Shown here: in pieces, positions 1-13,867 of the stretch | Layout: each line of letters opens with the position of its first letter | Position numbering within the stretch: position 1 is the stretch's first letter | From: Tubulanus polymorphus | Taxonomy: Eukaryota; Animalia; Nemertea | Length of the DNA: 64,000 nt | Assembly: GCF_964204645.1 (NCBI RefSeq) | Contig: NC_134027.1 | Location: forward strand, 21,910,560 to 21,974,559 | Direction of reading: 5' to 3' | The notes under the pieces: model-generated | What the model saw: only the letters and a program-made list of their open reading frames with translations | The model's database searches: none | Told to the model about the DNA's origin: nothing | Position numbers and translations under genes: made by a program

Positions 1-469
1 ACGCGTGTTTACATCGTCAGTACATGGCCGAAATCAGGGAAACCGGGCGGAAAAATTCCAACCGATAGCCAGAGGTGCCTCTATCTGAAAAAACATCTCA
101 TAACGTCTCTCCAAAACGTCTCCACGGTGAATAATTCGACTCGGTTACTAAGATGATTGAAAGAAATGATTTTAACTTCTAACGGATCAGTTCTACAGTT
201 GCGACTAGACCGATGACGAGACTGTGTTCGCTCTATTTTCGTCCTAAAAACAGCGGTGGTCTTAGGAATCCGCGTCGTCCCTCAGCACGGATTGAAACCC
301 GATGGCTTCGCGAGACTGCTACAGCACAAAAGCCGACCTGATTATGTACTTGCACACCTTATCCGTGATGTCATTATTAGCCAATCACAAATAACGTTTC
401 ATTTAATCCCGGGTTATTTTATATATAGCTTTTAATGTGTGTAAGTACATGTGCACTCGGGCTAATCAG

Positions 470-695
470 GCATGGCGAACATCGGTTTTCATTGTTAGTC
501 AAATAGTGATCGAAGCTAATTATTAAACACTATAGTCGTACCGCATTTCACTGTATCGGCCATCTTGGATCACAGCGACGGAGCTCGATCGCGTGGTTCC
601 GGACTTAAGTCCCAACTACCGGTAACTGACGTTAGGCTTCACCAAAGTTCGCAAATAGTCGACTAACTCGGATAACCGAAGCTCGCCCAGGGTTT
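470..695. mobile_element. Non-autonomous TIR element (MITE); same family as 9219-9364 and 19722-19954
   Basis: Ends GGCGAACATCGG / CCGAAGCTCGCC are imperfect inverted repeats. The interior is the reverse complement of 19722-19954 (shared CCAAGATGGCCGA and CACTATAG blocks). Confidence 0.6.
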
Positions 696-1245
696 GTGTT
701 TCACTGTCATCCGTAGCAAATCCGTGCAAAGGGAGGATAACGATCCAAAAAACTGATCAACTTGTTTCAGAGATCCTTTATACAATTGCGGATGCTCATT
801 TTACCTGAGAACTTACCGTAGGTACAGGTAATCAAAAATGTACTAGCTTGACCCCAGAATCATGTTTTACCTACAACTGAGGAACTGGATCCAGATTATC
901 TAGTCAACAATTCATCGATTTATTCTTTTTTCTATAAGGGTGTAAAGTTTTTGAGGCATGTTCGAATGAAAGCCAGTCGTTAATGATGACGTAATTAATG
1001 ATACATACAAATCGTTTAAACTCATCACAGTGAATTTCATTTTGAATTCAACTGTGGCCATTAATCATTGATCATTCTGAATAAAGGCGTGGGAAATTAA
1101 TGGGAATAACCGTAGAATTACCGAATTTCTGGGATGACGGCGCGTGAAATTATGAAAACAATGTATTAAAAGTGTTCTAGTCAAGAGATATTATTTATAT
1201 GAAAAAAATGTATTATTTGATTACAATGTATGGCGGTATATAAAT

Positions 1246-1603
1246 ATCGGATGTCCCATTAAAAGGGAAACCACTTTTTCACAGCGATAGATAGACATTT
1301 TCATCGAGTAACCTTAGGTACATTTCAAAAAGTCCCTGAAATGTGCATTTTCGGATGCAAAACAGCATGTCAAAAAAATACAGTATCGAAGTCATCATCA
1401 TTTTATACTTGAAAGAATCTTGCATTTTTGCTGTTTTAATTTGAAAATACATGATGAATTTGAGGCAAACGGCTTAGATATTTTCCAGGCTTGCGGATGA
1501 TACCCAAAGGTTTTTTCTGAGAAAATTTACGATGAATACGGTTTATCTATTATTGAGCGACTAAACCTTGTCAACAATCGGTTCATTTTTTTGGGACGAC
1601 CTA
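1246..1603. mobile_element. Degenerate Tc1/mariner-like MITE
   Basis: Imperfect terminal inverted repeats GGATGTCCCATTAAAAGGGAAACC ... GGTTCATTTTTTTGGGACGACC in a TA context. Confidence 0.4.
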
Positions 1604-4600
1604 TTTATAAGATGTATAAAGATTGCTAAGGGATTGTATAGTGAATTTGATTTGAATTTATCGATGTACAGTGAACCTATTGTATTTATTATCGATTACG
1701 ATGTATAGATCTGTTTTTTGTTTTCCGAATAACGATTAAGTGCTCAAAAAATCACGTACGTTGATCCTCAGACAGAAAATGACAATGATAATCACAAATT
1801 CTTCATTTGATCATTTCGAATTGATTCGCATAATTGATAAGAAACGTAGAATTTTAATTAGGCGTCGCAATTGTTAATAAGTTGCATCGCATATTTTTCG
1901 TCAATAGACTGTAGGCTAGAAGTACTTCGCCGTAAAAGAACAAAAAACATTTTAACTTGTTAATTAGTTACCGGTTGCGGTATCATTTTTAGTAATCATT
2001 AACTTTCCATGTATTTGATTCGATTCCAAGGTGAAATAAAATTGTTCGATTATTTTAGATAGAGCGTATGACAATAGAATAACTGAGTAATGACTAAATA
2101 GTAAGATAATTGTGATTTTAGGTCGAGGCCAAGGGGAAAGGGAGGAGGTATTGAATGCAATGAACAGGGAGGCTGGAGAATGGAGGGAATTTTTGGAAAG
2201 TAGTTAGGGTAGCAGTACACCAGGGATGTCACTAGGTTTTTTTTAAAGGGGGTCAAAATTAATGCCACACTTAGCGCCGTATCCGCCGAGCGCCGAAGGC
2301 AAATGAACATTTCTGAATTCTTGAAATTGCTTGAATGTTCTTGAAAAGTCTTCGCTTTTTATATTCGAAGCTTTAGAGGGACATTTTCTGAACATTCTAA
2401 AGAGAAATATTTATGAAATTTTGGGAATGTGAAATAAAACAAAGTTTGGAAGTAAAAATTGTGGAACTTGGATTTAGAAAGGGTCTGCACCTTGACCTCC
2501 CTCCGGTGACGACCATGTACACTACTTTCAGCAGCTGAGCGACAAACCGGAACTATGAAATAGAGCTACACTGCAACTGAGAGCGAAAGAAATATAATGT
2601 TTTTTTGAAAATCTCAATATTTTCCAGGTTTTGTTAATTAAGTATTTACAATATCTTTTTTTGTGTTGACAATTTTATCTCTACAAAGGATAAACATTCT
2701 TTCTTGTTCGTATAAGACTATTACTTCTAGTGGGTAAATGTCATGTATTCATCGTGCTAGTTACTGGTTAGTACCAGCATATATTTTTTTTCTGTTTTCG
2801 TTTTCAAATATTATCTGTGTTCAAAAAGTCTTCTGTTTTGGATGTTTAGAAAGATCTGACATGTCATTTGTAGAAGCTTTATACCACCTGGCTATATTTC
2901 GATGGGTACGCATTACGTCTCATTGAATTATATAGATTGATTGTAGTTACAGTATTCAAATGAAAATTTTTTCGCCAAGAATAGTTCTTGTTGGACACTT
3001 TGTCGGTAATGCAGCAGATGTCAAGTTGACAAAATATTTTACTTTCGTCATCTGGAGCAACCCCGGTTGCACAGTCACAACTTATGTCTATAAGTGGTCT
3101 CAAATCAATGACTGGTCTAATTATTTAGTACATTGGTTTAGATGCAGTCATAGATCTAAGCCTTGCAGCAACGCATCTAGGGGGTCTAGGTCCGTACCTT
3201 CCCATTAGTATTACCCTTACCTAAAACCTAAAGATTAGGCACTCATTTTCTCTGCAATTGCATCTTTTCTTTTGGGACCCCACGTGGTATTCAGCGTGGC
3301 TGCTTTATCCAAATCCAAACAATGCCCTTGCTTTTCTTTTAGACCCACGCCCTCCAATTTCCTAGATCTGCTGCCTGCCTCGGCGGTACAGCTGGCCATG
3401 GACGTCAAATTGTGGCTGGATTACTGTGCACGCTAATATCTTAGGAATTTCGAGGCTGCTAAATTTTCTGACCAGAAATGGAGAGGGTCAGTGCGCAATG
3501 ACCATGTAATGATGAGAATGATTGTGAAGGATTTGTCAAATTCTTGTGAAAGAAAAGGAAGAAAATCTTTTTTTGACCTCTGTTGACCTCTGAATGAAGA
3601 GCTTAATGGATCAACATAACGGACACCCAATATGATGAATACCCACAAGATACCCGGTGGTCTTAAACTTATGCAAATGATTGTAAACATGTTTAATTTT
3701 TCTCATATCATCTATGTGTTCATCTCCGGTTGTTACCTTACATAAACATTCTTAGGAAGGGCTAAGAATCTTTAAGAATTGCTCGCGTTGAAAGCATCTG
3801 GTTTGCCCTTGACGTTGCTGGTATTATTTTGGTGGATATTAATTATTTCTGATACTGAATCTGGAGAAGGGTTTTTCATGCATAAGAAATATATATGATA
3901 TTATATGATGATATATAAGTTATTGAATTGTTTTTGTTGACTGATAACTTTACAATAAATAAAAGATTTTTGTATAAATTTCGCTTTTAATTTTGATCAA
4001 TTCATTGTTGGATCGAGTGCCAGTTTTCTCTTATAGTATGGGTTTGACATGACCGGATTAAGTTCCACGTGTGGATTTAATTTGATTCAGCTTCGCAGTG
4101 GTTGATTCTTGATGTCTTGGTAAGAAGTGATTTTCTGGAATGATAGGAGGATCCTGACATCATTATCTTGATATCTGGGTTATACTTGTACATGTATCCA
4201 TCCAATACGGTACGAAAATAATGCCACCCAATTTTGCAACATCATAAAAAAATGCCACCAGGATAAAACGAAAGTTATTTCGATACATAAATTTAAGCTT
4301 AACTGTAAGGATTATCAATCATCTTATTAATTATATCTCTCTTTTTGATATCTAACTCATATTCGATCATTTAGAACCCCTTCCTAGTTTGCTCTTTAAT
4401 ATGTTTAGCTTGTAACTATTTTTAGGTTGTTACATATGTTTGTTTTATTATATGTTAAAATAAGAAGTTTATTCCTAGTTTCAATAACATTCATTATCAG
4501 TAACTAATTGATTATACTTTGGACGTCTATAATTAAAATGTGGATAGAAGTGTGAAAATATTATCATCTTATTAAGTTTAAACTGTTAAATAAACTGCCC

Positions 4601-4875
4601 ATGGGCAAAGTGTGGTTTACCTTGAAAGCTAGAGGTTGTTTGGAGTAAGGGCATTGCTTGAAAAATCTTTTTAATTCGTGACTTCAAAGATCCACAGTTT
4701 ATATTGTATTTTATCTTTCCTAAAGAATTATTTTGTAGTCAAATAAGACCAAAGATATACATTTGTTTGCGGTCCACGTCTAAAAGTTTGTAGGGTACAG
4801 GTAGGCACGGCAGGGAAACTATTTTATATTTTCAAAAAAATATGTTTAATATAATATGAAAAAATATTCAAATAA

Positions 4876-5443
4876 GGCCATCCCAAAATAATTGTCTGTT
4901 TGCTGCAACACCGACTCAACTTTTCAGGATGAGTCGGTAGGTAGGTAGAATTTTTTTTTTGCAAAATTTTTGGGCAAAAAAAAAACAAATTTTTCACCTT
5001 TGGGCTTTTTTACATGGAAACAATATCGCAAAAAATCATCTACGTTGCGCACAGGAAATTTGTCTAATAGCGTAGATTTCAAGAATTATTCTAAAATTAT
5101 AACTTCGTCCAGAGCGTCATCTCTGTCTTAAAAATGAAACGGTACATTGAATATGTGCGCGCTTTCACGTTACCAGCTATTCAGTCACTTTAGTCACTAT
5201 TAGAATGAATGGCAGCTTATTGGAACACTGCCAGTTTCCTGGAAACTTAAACTAGGCCACATGTCAAGGCATGTTTTCACACCATGCACACTAGAATTCA
5301 AACATACGTAGCTCATAGTCGGTCGGCTGTTTTTATCAAAAATAAAATTTATTTCAATGAATCCTAGAAAAAAGTTTTCACTCGGTACCTCTGAAGTCAG
5401 GTTGGTCGGGTTACGGCAAACAGACCATTATTTTGGGATGGCC
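4876..5443. mobile_element. PIF/Harbinger (Tourist-like) MITE
   Basis: TIR GGCCATCCCAAAATAAT..TCTGTTTGC / GCAAACAGA..ATTATTTTGGGATGGCC, with TAA on both sides (3-bp TSD). Confidence 0.75.
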
Positions 5444-5767
5444 TAAAATTCATCACATATCAGAGGGTGGCTGAATATTGGGTCTTGGAAACCTCTTCCA
5501 ATGTTGGCCACGGAAGCTAAAATATCGGTGGTACAGAAGAAATCGGCTATTAGATCGTTTTAAGTCCTGGAATTTACCACCACAATATTCAGACCTCGAC
5601 AGACCTTTTAGTTTGCTGCTTAGTATTTTCAGGTCACAAGAAATTACAATTTATTACAAATTCTATCGAACAGAAAACACAGCGCTCATCTTCTGCTATG
5701 ATTATTCAGCCTATTTTCATATCAAACGTTCACGCGTTACAGCATCACCGTAGTGTACTGTACGAGC

Positions 5768-6688
<921 letters not shown>

Positions 6689-8450
6689 TGAATATTCGCT
6701 TACACCTCAATGTCAATCAAAACAATCACCGGGTATTAAAATGAAACAATACCTATGGCAGATGAGTGAAATAATTACATCCTCACCAGCAATGAGCATT
6801 TGAAAACGGCACGTATACGTCACCTAGTCCAATGAAACGTACACCATTCTATGGCTTTCCCATAATTTTAGTAGCGCCGGAATTCCCCGTATATCCAAAA
6901 AACAATCCCATTTGTTCGTAGAGACAACGCCCCCCCAATCGAGGTCATTGCAATTTTATACGCGAGAGCTAAGAATTTTCCCGCCAAAAACAGTTTTTCG
7001 TAGAATTTTAACTCAGTTGACCATGTCATCGACGGAGGTTCGCCATGTCTTCAATCGCATCGATTATACGTCTTTTAAGCCGAGAACCAATGAAACAAAT
7101 GCTCACATAAAAAAACGTACCGCGATTTTACATGAATTGGCTCAATGCCAACATCATATCGCTGACAAAGGTAAACCAAAAAAAAATCAACGGTGGCATT
7201 TTTTCTACTGTCATTTTCACTGGTGGCATCTTTACCGTTTGCCTACATTCATCCAAGACGCTCCATCAGCCCAAAACCTGGCCCGGTCAGGATCAAAGTG
7301 GCTGACTGGTGCAAATTGTTGTTTAGCCAATCGACTCTTGCATACCTTTGAGGTTTTCATGGGAAATTTGGAAAATGCTCTAATTAATCAATCATATTGA
7401 GGTTTGAAGTGGTATGTGTTCCTGTGTACGCCTACGTCACAAGGAAAATTGGATCGCTCGGAAACAAGATGGCCGTCTTACCGTAAATTTTGGTCAAAGG
7501 TGAATTTTTCACGGAATTTAGAAATCCGCCGAGGATTGGACAACCTATGAAACCTAGATTCTTAGGACGACTCTTAGGATAGATTGGAATTGTTATTCAT
7601 CAAATCCACTCTCAAGTCGAGCTACACCTAAGCCCATAAAGAACTGCGGAGTAGTCTAGTACCTACCCATTGTTCCTCAAACAAGGAGAAGAAGAAATCA
7701 TTTACCATAAAACGAATAAATACTGTAGTCCTAGGCAGAGGAAGCGAATTCAGGTCACCCGCGTCTCTGTAGGATGCTAAACAGCTGGATGCTCACAGCG
7801 GGCAACATCTTTTGCATTCCAATTTATTTCACAGAAAAGCGTAAGATTGTAAAAGCTTAAACAATTCAAAAAAGAGAGGAAAAATATATAGATTTACAAA
7901 ATTGTAGCATAGCTTTTCCATGTGGGCCTTGCAAAGCCTTGTAGGCCGCTAGCGCAGGCATCCAATGAAAGAGAGAAAAAAAGAAAAATAGAGAAGAAAG
8001 GAAAGAAAGATGAAAAATGTAAAAAGCTGATAATCGAATAGGCATTATGTAGCATATTTTCAGAACACACGTTAAACAATCGATCAGATCAACAGTTAAC
8101 GTTCTTCTCATTTGTTTTCCAGTACACCTACAACATACAACGTGAATGGTCGACCGGGAGTTTGACTTTTTTTACGTTTAAGTATTCCCATCTTCGAATA
8201 GAAAAAAACTTCCGAGAACGATTAGAAGAAAAAGTATTAATTTCAAACTAATTATTGATAACAAGTGAAAATTATTGTTATCTTATAATTTCGGTTTCTC
8301 TTCTGAATATGGGGTTTAGATACACTCCGAAACTGTGATCAGACAGTAAACTCTTTGATTGATATCATATCAACTGTATCAACTGATATCATATGTACTG
8401 TTTATTCTAAATACTTTTGAGATTAATATCAGCCGTTCAGTCTCTTTATT

Positions 8451-8667
8451 GTGTAAAAGTGCAGATCCGCACCTCTCCGCGTAAACGGTTCAATCAATTA
8501 CATGAAATATCATTGTTTCAGATTCAAAATGTCATCAGCAATTCAGTACATTGCCATTGGCGAATTTTAAGATATTTTCACTAGAGAGAGTAGGAAGATT
8601 TTAGCCTAGATTCTGTCATTCAGCAGATTGCGTCAATCATGAGAGGTGCGGATCTGCACTTTTACCC
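8451..8667. mobile_element. MITE
   Basis: 25-bp TIR GTAAAAGTGCAGATCCGCACCTCTC / GAGAGGTGCGGATCTGCACTTTTAC, flanked by TTTATT on both sides. Confidence 0.7.
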
Positions 8668-8824
8668 TTTATTGATATGTATATAGTAACAATCTATTTT
8701 AGCTGATTTGATTGAATACTTTCAATCTGGAAATATTACACGTCACTTTCTATCCATATATTGGCAGGTCAAATTACAGCATTCTTTAGCATATTTTCAG
8801 AACACACGTAAAACAATCGATGCA

Positions 8825-11800
8825 TCAAGCTGAATAATTTTCGAAATACTGTAGAGTGCTCATCCAACCAAGCTGAAAATAGAATTCAATAGGCATTTAA
8901 CACTGTGATGTTGGTTTATTGAAAGCCAATCAAATTTTGAGATTTCCATCTCATGACGTGCATTCATCTGCGCTCACTGATTACGCAAAAAGTTTGTTTG
9001 AATTACCTTCATGCAGAATTTCATGTCATCAATATGGAGATCCGAATCATTCGTATTTATGTAGCTCGTGTAGAGACACGCCGTTCTGTCCTTGTCATCG
9101 GGCTAAAACGAAACGTTTTTCAGCGTAAGTTGCTTTCGGGAGCTCAACGCGATCAGCCGACCGTCCTCGCTTGCCAGGGATTGATTGCTTCCCGGCGAAG
9201 CTCACGCCAACACAAACCCTGGGCGAACTTCGCTTATCGGAGTGAAAAGTGAAACCGAATGTTGATTAGTCGGAACTATATTACGGAAATCGTTCGGAAA
9301 TTAAGCGCATTATTCGGTTATTAGTTCCGACCACTAGATACGAAAACCGAATTTGACTTGGCTGCAAACCCGTCATTGGTCATCAGTCAATATGTAGCCA
9401 ATCAGACGCGTAGCGAATCTGCCGGCGAAAATCAACATATCTGACCGGCTAAATACATGGACTGGTGGCCGTTGAGTGGCAACCTGTCCGCCACATAAAT
9501 CTTGGGCGATGTGTGATAACCGGCGGGAGGAAATCAAACCCCGGCAAACGAGGATGCCCGCCGAACGGCGACACGACGATTACTGACTTTTCTCGAGAGT
9601 GTGCTGATACGGGTTTGCATGGCATTCACGACGCGGGAAAAATAGTCGAAAAGAGACGTCGGGTTTGAAGCATCAACTTCCGATCCCAATATCAACTTCA
9701 CCATACTGAAACCACGATCCCTGATGAACGACATTACCTCCGCGTGCGAGACCTTGAAATTTCAATTCATCAAGATTAACCGACATTGGTTCTTTAATAA
9801 TAATAAATAATTATAATAATAATGATAATAATAATAATAATGATAATGATAATTATAATGATGATACTGATAATGATAATGATAATGATGGTAATGGTAA
9901 TGGTAATGGCAATGGCAATGGCAATGGCAATGGCAATGGCAATGGCAATGGCAATAACAATAACAATAATAATGATAATAATATTAAATAATAAATAAAT
10001 TTTTATTGTCCTTAATATAGCGCAATTTCTACATAGTATGGATTTAGTATGTATGCACTTTACGGATAAGAAAATAGAAAAATTAAGGATACAATTCTCA
10101 GTGAAATGCAAACGTTTCGACTGTAGGACTAGATCTAATATGAATAGGGAGAACATTCCAAAGTTCAGGAGCAGAAAATTTAAAAGCTCTCTAAACTAAT
10201 TTACAATTTGTGAGCACGAGTTGTAAAAATCAGCGGGATAGGCCTACGTATTGGTGCGATGTATACCTGGTTGTTAGAATTCCGATCCAAAGCTTTCAAC
10301 ATTTTATCACATTGACTTCGGTCCTCGTTAAACAGTAAACGAAAGTCTTCATCTGACAGCAGGTCCTTCTTAAAAAGTAAATCATTAATTAGCAATCATA
10401 TTATCATCACGTATACGGCCTCTACACATATAAACTTGAGTGTTGTGTGTAATGCAACAAACAGCTTACATTTTCTAAGACAGTTCTCAGTTCGTCCGCG
10501 TCGATCAATCTATCATTATTTTTATCAAATGTATTTAGATTCTTGATAACCCGTTTAATCGCCCCGGCTAATTTGACTTTCTTCGCATACTCGGTTTCCT
10601 GAAATTTTGTCTGCAGACTACGTTTTCTGGAAAAAGTAAGTTACTACCACAAAACAGGTTAAGATGAGTGCTTGTTACGTGCTTAACCAAAACTGGATCA
10701 GAAAAATAAGCGTGGTATATGTCAGTAAAATGTGATCTATTTTGCCCCATCCGTTCGGTTTCTCTGGGATTTAGTAACGAACTGCATTTGACTAATTTGA
10801 AACTGTTGAAATCAATTTGTTAAACGTTAACTATATCCTGAAACACTGCGCAATAGTTTGAATGAAAACAATGGATGATTTTACTCATTTAAAACTTTAG
10901 AAACTATAAACCGATTCTGGAACATCTCCCTTGTGTCTTACCGTGAAAGTTTGGTATCAGGAAATTTGGGCCACTCATATTTCCATTTACCAAAGAAATC
11001 ACCTTTGCCGGGGTCTTCCTGGTTCATGTCAAACTAATTAATAAGTTCATAATTCATTTAAATATCTAATCGGCGTATTCATTACCAACCAAACGTTTTC
11101 CATTTGCATTACCACAAGTAGTCCCAATGTCTTTTTATTGATGGTACCAAATGGTTCTATATTCTTGTCAAACATCGTGAAGTAATCTTTGTCTGGATCC
11201 ATACTCAAATACCAACCTAAATAAAGCAACAATATACCGTTATCCAAGTCATTTAGTGTGCAGTTTTCATGATATCATATTTCTTAGCCTCTTTTAATAT
11301 CAATAGGCAGAAGTGTTATAGATTACGTACCGTCGAATGCGCTGATAAGAAAATTGTCCAGCAGACCACCGTCCACGTAATAAGACTCTCGGAAAAACGA
11401 CGGTTTGATAAAAGCTGGAAACGACAATGATTTTAGATTTAGATTTTAGAAATGATTTTTAAAGACGTTTTAGATACGTGTTTTCCTTTGAATACCATGT
11501 TTTGACAAAATTGAAGTAGATTCACTACAGCCTGTCAAAAATCGACAACTGGCCACGGCAATAAAAAATGCTTCCAACGCACCTGTTCTAGGCTTTGAAT
11601 TTTCAAAAAAATTCAAGCATATCAATAACTGTTCGCTTAGTTTTCTTCTCATGAATTTCAGACTTACGGAGCCCCGGAGGGGACATGATGAGAAATGAAT
11701 ATATTTCTTTTATCAAAATTATTTCGTTCGAACGAAGAAAGAAAAACATATTTCTCGCCATGTCCCCTCCGGGGCTCCGTACAGAATCCCTGGTGTTACT

Positions 11801-13867
11801 GTTTTATTTTGAAACGGTTTATTGACCTGTGGGCATTGTGCCAAATTACGTGGAAGCGAAGACGATACGATTGCAGCGTACGCTATGGACACGTGCGGCG
11901 TCGTCTTTACGTGGAAATATTCCGGTGTTTGGTGAGTTAGATTTGAAACTACTATGCACAATTCGACACCGAATTGTTTATACAACTGAAAGCATATGAA
12001 ATATGAAGTGACTATTTTCACTAACATCGATATCGTTTTTAGCGATCGTCCCTCTTGATTTGATTTGTATGGTGGCTAATTCTGGACAGGTTAAACATTT
12101 TTCATCCTCCGCGAAAACGCGCAAAAACAAAATATTCCGTTCTTGCGCGCTTCAAGTTTTGTTTTTGCGAACAAACATTTATTGTACAAGATAGATTCAT
12201 CAATTATGAAGGCTCCTCGTATTATGTCCGAAACTTTATCAACTGTAAATCACAAAATGTTGTGTATGGAATTTTTTTGGTAATAAATGTGATAAATGTA
12301 TCTGTTTGGGGGAGACGGGGATTCACTATACCAACGGCAACTACTCATGTCCCTAATACGTACGCCACAAAACTGATGATTCAATCTCAAACAATTTCAA
12401 CACTCTAAACCATTCTGTATACAATCTATCAATCATGGGCATTGAAAAACTTTGTGAAAATGAGTCCTTTAGAAAGACCATAGAAAAATTGTGGATCAAA
12501 AAACTAAGAACACAAAAACCATTGGGTATCAATAGCAAACTAATATAGTTGCAATACAAGTCAGATTATTATTGCCCGCTTTTCATCAGCTGTATCTTGT
12601 ATCATTTGTATTTTTGATATCCTGTTCTTTTCCTACCTGTGCGAATGTAGTTTTTCGATCTCCGGTCTTCTGCTCGACAAGAGTCTCCAACACTTTGAGA
12701 CCTCGTTCCCCGTGATGCCAGCCCGAGTTTTTTATGATCTTCACGAGCAACGCTATTTTAGGAGCATCTGAAAGGTAAACATCAACAGAAGACAAATTGA
12801 ATCAAGGTTTCAAAAATGAATTCATAAACAAACAGATCCTTTCGACCCGATTTAGGCAGGTTATCGTGATTAGTTTTGACGTCACTTTGAGACCGTTCGA
12901 GGTATAAGAGCAAAAGGTACGTTCCATGAAATCCGGATTGAACATAACATGTTCAATTATTTCTTCAGGGGTCATTCCAATTGAACACATCATGGCTACC
13001 ACCGACCCGATACTCGATCCCGCAAAGCGCTTTACATTTCTCAGGACTTCCATATCGCGCAGTGCCTGTAACGAATCGCTCGGAATATGCTAGCTGAGGT
13101 TTTCGATTTGGTTGGCACTGAATACGGGTCTGGGGCTTTCCCCAAAAATGATTTTGAAAATGTGATACTCAGATTCAGTAATACGATTTCAAACGCCCGA
13201 ATACCCTCCCCTTCCCCCACGCTACGGGACTGCTAAGATACGGATAAGGATACCTTCCGAGATTAATCTAAATGCCCGATTCAGAGAAACGATGATGAGA
13301 AAATGATACCTGCACTTTTTCCATTTTTGAATTAGTTTCGATGTTGATGATGGCAGCAGTTTTTTTAATGATTTCAGATTTTTGTACACTTCTATATAGA
13401 CAATGATGAGGTAAAGCCCAACACACAAAACGCAGGGAAACACAGAATCAAACACGTCTGACCTCGAAGACATTGTTACCCAAAACCGTGTGTCTCGTGA
13501 AAACGCGCACGGCACAGGGAAACGCTATGGAAACACGATTCTGTATCCTGTTTCCGTGTTTTCCCGTCATGTGTGTTGGGCTTCTGAGATGCTTACAAGA
13601 AATATGAAACGCGATAGTTATATATCTAGAATTATAAGGCTACAGTATCATTCAGTAGGCTATTAGGATATACTTCTCAATCACAAATATTGTTACCAGT
13701 AGCGCGCCACAGTACGCCAGCCCTTTAGTGCCACCTCCTTCAAACACTAGATTTTCGATGTCGTATTTTCGACCGATGAATTTCTTGAACATGGCATCGT
13801 CCCTGATGTAGTCGACTGCTTCTTGCACGCGTAACCTACGCGACGGTAAAGACGCGCCGCCTCCCAT
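8825..13867 (-). CDS. Patatin-like phospholipase with two EF-hands, copy 1 (12 exons, 476 aa)
   Basis: Exons 13867-13697, 13065-12921, 12767-12637, 11985-11850, 11414-11331, 11216-11113, 11033-10942, 10626-10470, 10368-10267, 9752-9588, 9102-9007, 8872-8825. All introns are GT-AG and the exons sum to 1431 nt in one open frame. Motifs: ENLVFEGGGTKG (oxyanion hole), GSSIG (GxSxG), YYVDGGLL (catalytic Asp), EF loops DKNNDRLIDADE and DRNSNNQVSHAE, N-terminus MGGGAS. Confidence 0.9.
9219..9364. mobile_element. MITE insertion in intron 10 of patatin copy 1
   Basis: Flanked by duplicated CAAACCC. The paralogous intron of copy 2 (near 17292-17300) shows the empty site. Confidence 0.7.
9794..9995. 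repeat. Compound microsatellite (AAT/GAT)n-(ATGGTA)n-(ATGGCA)n
   Basis: Direct reading. Lies in intron 9 of patatin copy 1 and is absent from the paralogous intron of copy 2. Confidence 0.95.
12230..12548 (+). mobile_element. Penelope-like retroelement fragment (GIY-YIG endonuclease, degenerate)
   Basis: Translates as INCKSQNVVYGIF..KCDKC..GET then FNTLNHSVYNLSIMGIEKLCENESFRKTIEKLWIKKLRTQKPLGIN. This matches the NVVY-C-C-GET and E..WI..L.T..P.G.N pattern of Penelope GIY-YIG domains, with frameshifts. Confidence 0.75.
13414..13583. mobile_element. MITE in intron 1 of patatin copy 1
   Basis: TIR AAGCCCAACACAC / GTGTGTTGGGCTT. Only one half is retained in copy 2 (about 23100-23170). Confidence 0.6.

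Noticed and set aside
2650-4200. Short ORFs and a possible decayed retroelement
   Set aside because: No motif I could recognise with confidence, and no consistent splice pattern.
6912-7400. 162-aa ORF ending VFMGNLENALINQS, faintly like a Penelope RT motif
   Set aside because: It crosses a putative element boundary and one weak motif is insufficient.
9794-10156. Poly-Ile/Ala ORF
   Set aside because: Intronic microsatellite translation.
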